Below, piece after piece: positions 57,184 through 64,000 of a stretch of DNA of 64,000 nucleotides. The position numbers and the translations under genes are program-made. Position 1 is the first letter of the stretch, and each line of letters begins with the position of its first letter. Origin of the DNA: Schizochytrium sp. TIO01 (lineage: Eukaryota; Protista; Bigyra: Labyrinthulomycetes); contig SMSO01000031.1 of NCBI GenBank assembly GCA_004764695.1, positions 3,758,436-3,822,435 of the forward strand. The letters are read 5' to 3'. A model generated the notes under the pieces. The model did no database searches, was not told where the DNA came from, and saw nothing but the letters and a program-made list of their open reading frames with translations.

Positions 57184-57700
57184 ACCCACGACCAAGTAAA
57201 ACATTACAAACTTTGAATCGAATAGAGAAAGAAGAATGAGTAAAATCAAAGAGAGAAAAGTAGGTTGGGATAGCGGGATTTAAAGAACTTTTAGGTTTTG
57301 ATAGAGATAAATCTGGAAGTAGAAATAAAAGATGAATCACAAACAAATGATGTGGAGTCAGCAAACAATGAAAGACACGGAGCTTGCCAACGCAAAACAA
57401 GTGAAAGACCCGGCGAGCCAAGTCGTAGCAACTCAGAGCGAAGCACAAGCGAAATCAAAGCGAAGCACAAGGACGCTAGCTAACTCCGATTGAAGTTAAC
57501 ACGCACAGGAGAGAAACCAAGCACAAAGCAGAGAAGATGCTCGTGCAACCTGGAGGCCAGAAGTGAGGGAGCGAAAGCGGGAAAGACGAAACGCAGAACT
57601 TGAAAGACAGACTAGGACCCTCTCATGGTACCCGGTTTAAATACTAGTAGGTTGGGAAAAAGTGAGTGGAGGAAGAAGTGGGCACGCACGAGGCAGCAAA

Positions 57701-57740
57701 CAAGCAGGCACAAGCAGGCACAAGCAGGCACAAGCAGACA
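57701..57740. repeat. 10-bp tandem repeat (CAAGCAGGCA) x4
   Basis: Read directly from the sequence; last copy has one mismatch. Confidence 0.9.
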
Positions 57741-60339
57741 GGAAATTCAGTACATAGGTATCTAGTATAGTTCATCCTGTCTTTCTTCTTTTCTCTGGTT
57801 TTGGATTGATGACTAAGTCTCAGATTGGCCAGAGACTTTGGGTAGCATTGAAAAATGAAATCTCACTCTCATTCTCCTTTCCTTTGATAAAAACAGCTCA
57901 TTTTCATTTTTTAGTATTATTCTTGTTATGATTTATAAAATACAAAAATAATATCATAGATTTTGGGCGGCTAAATTAGTGCAAACACCTAAATAACGCG
58001 ACTAGAACAGAAAACAGGCAGCTCGGGCTCGGAGGAGAGTGACTGACTGACTTCGAGGGCCTGCCATTTTTTGTTTTTCATGTGAGCCAAGGTACGAAGG
58101 AAAGGGAGCAGCGTTGAGCAAGCAAAGACTTGGTTGACGTAGAAGCAGCTGGTAAACTCAACTGCACGAATCCTAAAAGATGGGCCCCAAAGGTTCTTCC
58201 GAACTCGCGAAGCACTTCCCGAAAGACTCAACTCCTGAAATTGTTATTTTAAACAAATAAAATAAAATAATATACATGACTCTATATACAAAATAATAAA
58301 AATTAAAATTAAAATTAAAAGCACTAAGTAACATTCGAAAAAAGCATTCAAACAGAAGGGATGTATCTCTCTTGGATCGCTTCAAAACCATTTACATCTA
58401 GGAATGACCCGGGACTTTGAGCATGTATTGATTTCCTATAATACTTGCTCTCCTTCTCATGGCGATACTGGTAGAAGCAGTGAAGACGAATCAAGAAAAA
58501 GAGAAGTTTGAGTTATTTTGTTTTATTTTATTGTATTTTATTTTATTTAAAATAAAATAAATCAGAGGCTTATGCCTGAGGCTAACTCAATCATATTTAT
58601 AGAGACTGTGCAAAAAATATAACAAAAATAAACTGATGTATATTCATAGGCTATATATATTCATTTCTCAATCAGGAAATACATTAAATGATTCTACTCT
58701 CAAGTCACGGTGATTTTCTTAAAATGTTCTTTACTTTTTTTAGCTTGTTCGCGAGTTTAGCCAACAAAAATGAGCGCCACGAAAATACGAATAGGCTATG
58801 TTAGGCTAGGGCTTATGTGCATGGCTTTGGGCGAACGCCTTGGGTTTGGGAAGATGAGTGAGGAGGCAAAGGCGCATTTCCATTCATCTTCTTTCCTCTA
58901 TCAAACCCTCCAACTTTAAGTCTTTGTTTACTCGACTGCCTATACCTGCTTACTAGGTAGTTTCTACCTACCTACCTACCTACCTACCTTCAATTTAAGT
59001 GCAGTGCACAGTGCTAAAGAGTTTGCTCCGTCCCCACCAACCGCGCCCACAGACAGCCTCGAAAGACAATTTTGGAAGACGTTCCATCTCTGAAAGGCTT
59101 TCCTTCATTTTTCTTTCATTTCAAGCTCTCCCCTCTCATCGCCGTTGTTTATGTTGGTTCCTCACTTGTCTTTCAACTAAATAGCCCACATCCACAAATA
59201 CAAATACATGGACGAGTTACCTAGTACCTAGCTAGCTAGCTACTAGCAGTACTCCAAGCCTGCTCGCCATCCAATGAGTGACTAATTGTTTTGGCTTTAT
59301 TGTTTACCTAACTTGCTATAAGATTTTGACTCGCGACCTTTGGCTGGGGAGACTGCCTATTGAAGTGCAGATCACACGATGGCCTATTTTGCGAGTCTCG
59401 TGCACGAGTCAGAGTCATGGCTCTGGTCTGGCGCAGTCTCCCTAGAGTCCCTAGAGAGTGTTCGCTTTCTGCGGTCCTGGTTGGTCTGCACTAAGTTGAG
59501 CTGGCTTTGGAGCTCCCACTTCTGCGCGCGCCATCTCATGATTCTCATCTATTTAGGGACCTTTCAGGGACCTAGCCCCCTTACCAAAAAATTAATTATC
59601 TTATAGTGACCCAGAAACAGGTACTGGAACGAGGGGACAAGGTCAGAAAATCCCCACTGGGTGATATTCTTCAATATTTTTTTATCTTTTTTTAAAAACA
59701 AAAACATATTTAACATGAAACAAAATAATTTGAAAATATATCGTATGCAAATATATCTAATCCTGCCACCTGCCACATAAAGTTACTCCTTCGGAAAAGC
59801 TTAGGCCAAGCTGCTTGTTGCCAAGCTGTTTATCGATATTGGTTTCTCAGTGGCTCTCACTTACTCAGAGCATAATCGAGCAGCAACTTGCAGTGCAATA
59901 ATAGGAGGGAAAATAGACTTGGTATCGGAGCTGGTTTCTTTCCGAAAGGTGTGAGGGGGGCCTGCATGGAGTGGAAGGCGCTCTTTTGTTTCTGCAGGAC
60001 CACCAGTAGATAGTATTTGGAAATCCTGGAAATTAGCTACTTGTTGGAGGGCAGCAACTGCAGAAGAAGCACCAAGGGCTGCTGAGTTTGGAACTCAGCA
60101 AAACAGGCAAAGTGCAGGGATTGAGGTACCAACCTGCAAATTCCATTCTGCTGAGCTCAACCAGAGCCATGGATTTCTTCGCAACCTGCCGAACTATATT
60201 CGAAGATTGCCTTCTACACTTTCAGCCCAGAAATGCTGCAGTAAGGCCACGTTTTCCCCTTTCCATCCATCCTTTACGAAGAAGCAAACAGTTTGGGATC
60301 ATTCATAATATGATGATCAGAAATTTCCGAAAAAAGTTT

Positions 60340-60506
<167 letters not shown>

Positions 60507-62626
60507 TTCTAATTGTTTTTAATTGATTGTTTTATTTTTCAATATATACATTAAATAGTAAAATATATAAAAAGGTCACAGTGACATCATAAGTGCCTTG
60601 GAAATTTTTTCTTTTAAAACGTAGTTTTAAATTAAAAGAAAATAGTATATATTGAAGTAGAAAAGAACAGCCTAATGCCCAAATGAAATGTCGAACGCAA
60701 TCATTTGGAAGAAAAATAGGACAAGGGAGTAAAGGCATGATGCGGGACTTCCGGAGCTTCTCCCTCATGGCGCCCCAATTTGTCGCAAAGCTTGTCTCGA
60801 ATCAATTCATCGATGCCCTGAAGATGGAAGTTTGAAATTTCAATACTTGCATATAAATGGAGTAATGCGTACTGGTATTAAACGTTCTTACGAAAAAGCA
60901 AAGCGAATCCGACAGCACATCACCAGTTCTGACTGATTAAGCAAAACTTCAAAGAAAGCTCAACCAGTCTCATCATATTGGCCTATAAATGTTGGCAATT
61001 GATGATTTCAGGCAATTCGACAAAATGACAAATCTATTAAATTTTACATACATGAAGTTGCTCATGAATGTCAGCTGAGAATTCTTCTTCGCATAGTTTT
61101 AAAATAGCAAACTATTGCTCTAGCTCATGAGTTGAACTTGGGAAAACTCTGTCAGCATGCGATGAAATTTGGCTCTAGTATTGTAAGTTCACTAACTAAA
61201 GTAAAAGTGCAGCATATATCATGGTCTTTTGATAGTATGATGATGTCTTCATATCGCTTTCTTTCAAGGTCCACACTACAATCTACCAAGGCTTTCCGAA
61301 AAAGTGAAGTTCAGCAACTAATATGCTGATCATTTTAAGCTCACAGCGAATATGTGGATACAAATTGATGATAAATGTTGAAACTTTAGTATTTTCCAAT
61401 TAAGTGCCTTCTGCTTCAAAGTCAGTCTATGTTTTTTCGGCTTTTCTATTCATTCCTGTGCCTTATTTCAAGTCGTAGCTCAATAACATTACTTTCACTT
61501 GCTAAGCAAAGCATCCTTGGTTACTGTTTATAAGCTAAAGCGAAGCGCTTAGATGGTGATATCACCTGGGAAGCCCTCAGAATAAAAGTAAGCTTTCACG
61601 AATCCGCAACGTCACAAGAGCCACCTTACTTCCATGCAACCTCCGTCTCCAGGGGCAAACGTTTAGCTCTCAAAATCTACTACTAATAACTTTACAGCAA
61701 TACTAGTGCGAATATTTGCCCATGTATAAAGTTGCTAGTTCCTCTCTCCGAAAATCCCACTACCCTCTTTCAACATCAACATGTACTGTCAGAAACATAT
61801 AAAACGATTCAGAGAGAAATCTTGTATGAAGTATCGACAATGCAGTGGTCTTTTCTAAATCTGGTCTGCAAACATCAGTCAATCTCATCCTTTGGGTGAA
61901 CACTGCTAGAAACCAAGTTGTTTCTGTATTAACTGTGCTGGACATAGCGTGCACGGACGAGGTCTTTCACCAAAAAGCACAAGACTTTCATTGATTGTTT
62001 TTCCTCTGTTCTGTCTTTTGTTTTTTGTTTTTTCTACAAGAAAAAATATGATTTATTCTTCTTTTTGCGAAACTAAAACAAATAAAAGTTTTATCCTTTT
62101 GAAAAATAAAAATAAAACATTATTGTCATGATATTTACTCAAATCATACTTCCTCTCATACATCGGTTCCATCATTTTAGTGTATATGTGGAATTCTCGT
62201 TGGGCATAGAAATACCATAGACCAAAGTTTTCTCATCATTACTCGCTGCGTAATAAATCATTCTTTTGCTAAGAAATACCTTGCTTGTAAAAGCATACAA
62301 CGATCTCCTTTAGGAGTTTTTTAGAGCTATAACATTGTCCCGTATGAAAGCTTTCTTTGGATGTTGAGTCGTGCTTATCCTCTGCCTACCCTCGTTGCAG
62401 GGTTTTACTGATATAAAGTAAAACCGCTGCTCAATTTCTAAGGACAGAGAACAATCATAGAAAACCTATGCGCGTTATATTCCCCGGAAAGCCAGATATA
62501 TTTTTAATCATATGATTCAAAAGTGATTGATGTTCTCTATTGTCACGGCTAAGTTTCCAGCCCGTTTATAATCAATCAAAGAGCAGAGTCTTGCCACAGC
62601 TCAACAATCGCAACGACTGTATCTGA

Positions 62627-62629
<3 letters not shown>

Positions 62630-62657
<28 letters not shown>
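62630..62657. repeat. (AT)n microsatellite
   Basis: Read directly from the sequence. Confidence 0.9.
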
Positions 62658-62663
<6 letters not shown>

Positions 62664-64000
62664 TTAAATGATAAAATTACCATTCTGGCAATAATATAAT
62701 GAAAATTTGTCCTGAAACTTGAAACTCAGGCAAATATGAGATTTTATTAGTTTCCTCCGCATCAAGCCAACCGGAGTGTTCTTTGAACAATGTTGATTCT
62801 TTATTCCTTATTTTACTGCGATTATCATGAATACTACACCAAAAGATGTAATTTTAAAGTATGGAATTTTCGAGTATCAAGACATAGCAAAGTTCTACTA
62901 ACGGTTTTTTTTAATGATTAAAACTTTTTTATGATCAGAATGAGTGCAACTCCCACCCCACCCGCAATTAGTTTGATAAATAAAGTTGTCCCGCATCGGT
63001 AAATAGGCCGATTTATCGACCCCGTAACATGTATTTTACGCTCAAGGGACCATATTTTAGCTTCCATTCTAGCTTTGAGTTCATCACTATCACTTTTATT
63101 TTTTATAAATTTCGAAAGGTGCAGAACGAATTTGTTAAGAAACTATATCTTCGTTGACTCTTTTGCTGTCATATTGTACTTGAAGTATCAAAGTCATACA
63201 CGACATTCTTGACGAAATAATAGTTTGCATCTCTAACTAATGTTTCAAGACATACATTTTCAAGTAATAGTCGTCTTTACAGAACCAAAAACGAATGATA
63301 TATAGATTTGCAAGAGTTTTGCAGCTTTCGTAACCATGCTATGCGCCAGAGAGGAAAAACGTGATTTCATATCTTTTATTAGACTAGATGACAATAGCAT
63401 AGCTGCACTATTGCGATTATGAATGACACACTGCATAAGCTTATATAAAAAGGAAACTTTGAATCAGGGAAGCTGGTCTATCCCCCCAGCATGGCAGGAA
63501 ATCTTGCGCTTCTGCACTTTCGATTCGTGGTACTTTTTATTCAAATCTCACAAGTTGGTTGCGTTCGTTTCGTTTTTATTATTTTATTTTATTTTTTGTC
63601 CTCACCCTCATCAAAACATAAAATTAGTTCAAGTGATGCAGGTCTTTCATTGAAAGACCCGGGGTCCATAGCGCAGTCACGTGCTGGCTTTCCTTCCGTT
63701 TCCTGGCCATTGATTGCAAAATCAAAGCATCTCCAACTAGCAAGCGCAACCTTCACACGGAAATCCAAAGGTTCACTGCAACAAACAAGAGATATAGAAG
63801 GTCCCAGATTATATGTGGATAGTTGAGCTGGGAATACTATTAGAAAAAAATTAGAAAATAAAAACCACAAAGATATACAATCATAGAGGAAGGATTCCAT
63901 CAAAGAAGGAAAAATAGGCGTCATGTGAGATTGCATAAGCAGTCCATATAGTACCATTTATGCCTATAGTATGCCCTATCTATCGAGACATTGATTCCCC

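Noticed and set aside
56867-57448. RQRQ, RDRD and SLSL ORFs
   Set aside because: Translations of the (GAGACA)n repeat.

Overview
Eukaryotic nuclear DNA from a gene-dense, intron-poor protist. Composition, near-absence of introns, SSR-rich spacers and gene content suggest a stramenopile such as a thraustochytrid/labyrinthulomycete (inference). About 17 protein-coding loci: 2OG-Fe(II) oxygenase, derlin, PI-phospholipase C, a two-exon MED12-like gene, a VARP-like VPS9 GEF, a Cys-rich membrane protein, an MFS transporter, a NEK6/7-like kinase, a secreted choloylglycine-hydrolase/penicillin-V-acylase family enzyme, a bromodomain-ET protein, PPT1, a PSP1-domain protein, a kinesin, an EMB2735-like protein, a SNF2-ATPase/LRR fusion, an AAAP/SLC38 transporter and an R2R3 MYB. 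No rRNA, tRNA, CRISPR array or intact transposon could be supported. Main observations: (1) a RING-less Rad5/16-type SNF2 ATPase fused to a BC-box-like motif and LRRs, resembling a one-chain Rad16-Rad7 module; (2) an apparently miniaturised MED12 (~651 aa) keeping both terminal signatures, with a first exon the ORF track misses; (3) CTAC/GTAG/CTAG-rich patches recurring upstream of most genes; (4) five genes broken by single extra bases in homopolymer runs, all needing a +1 shift, most likely assembly error. All family calls come from motif recognition by eye; no searches were run.
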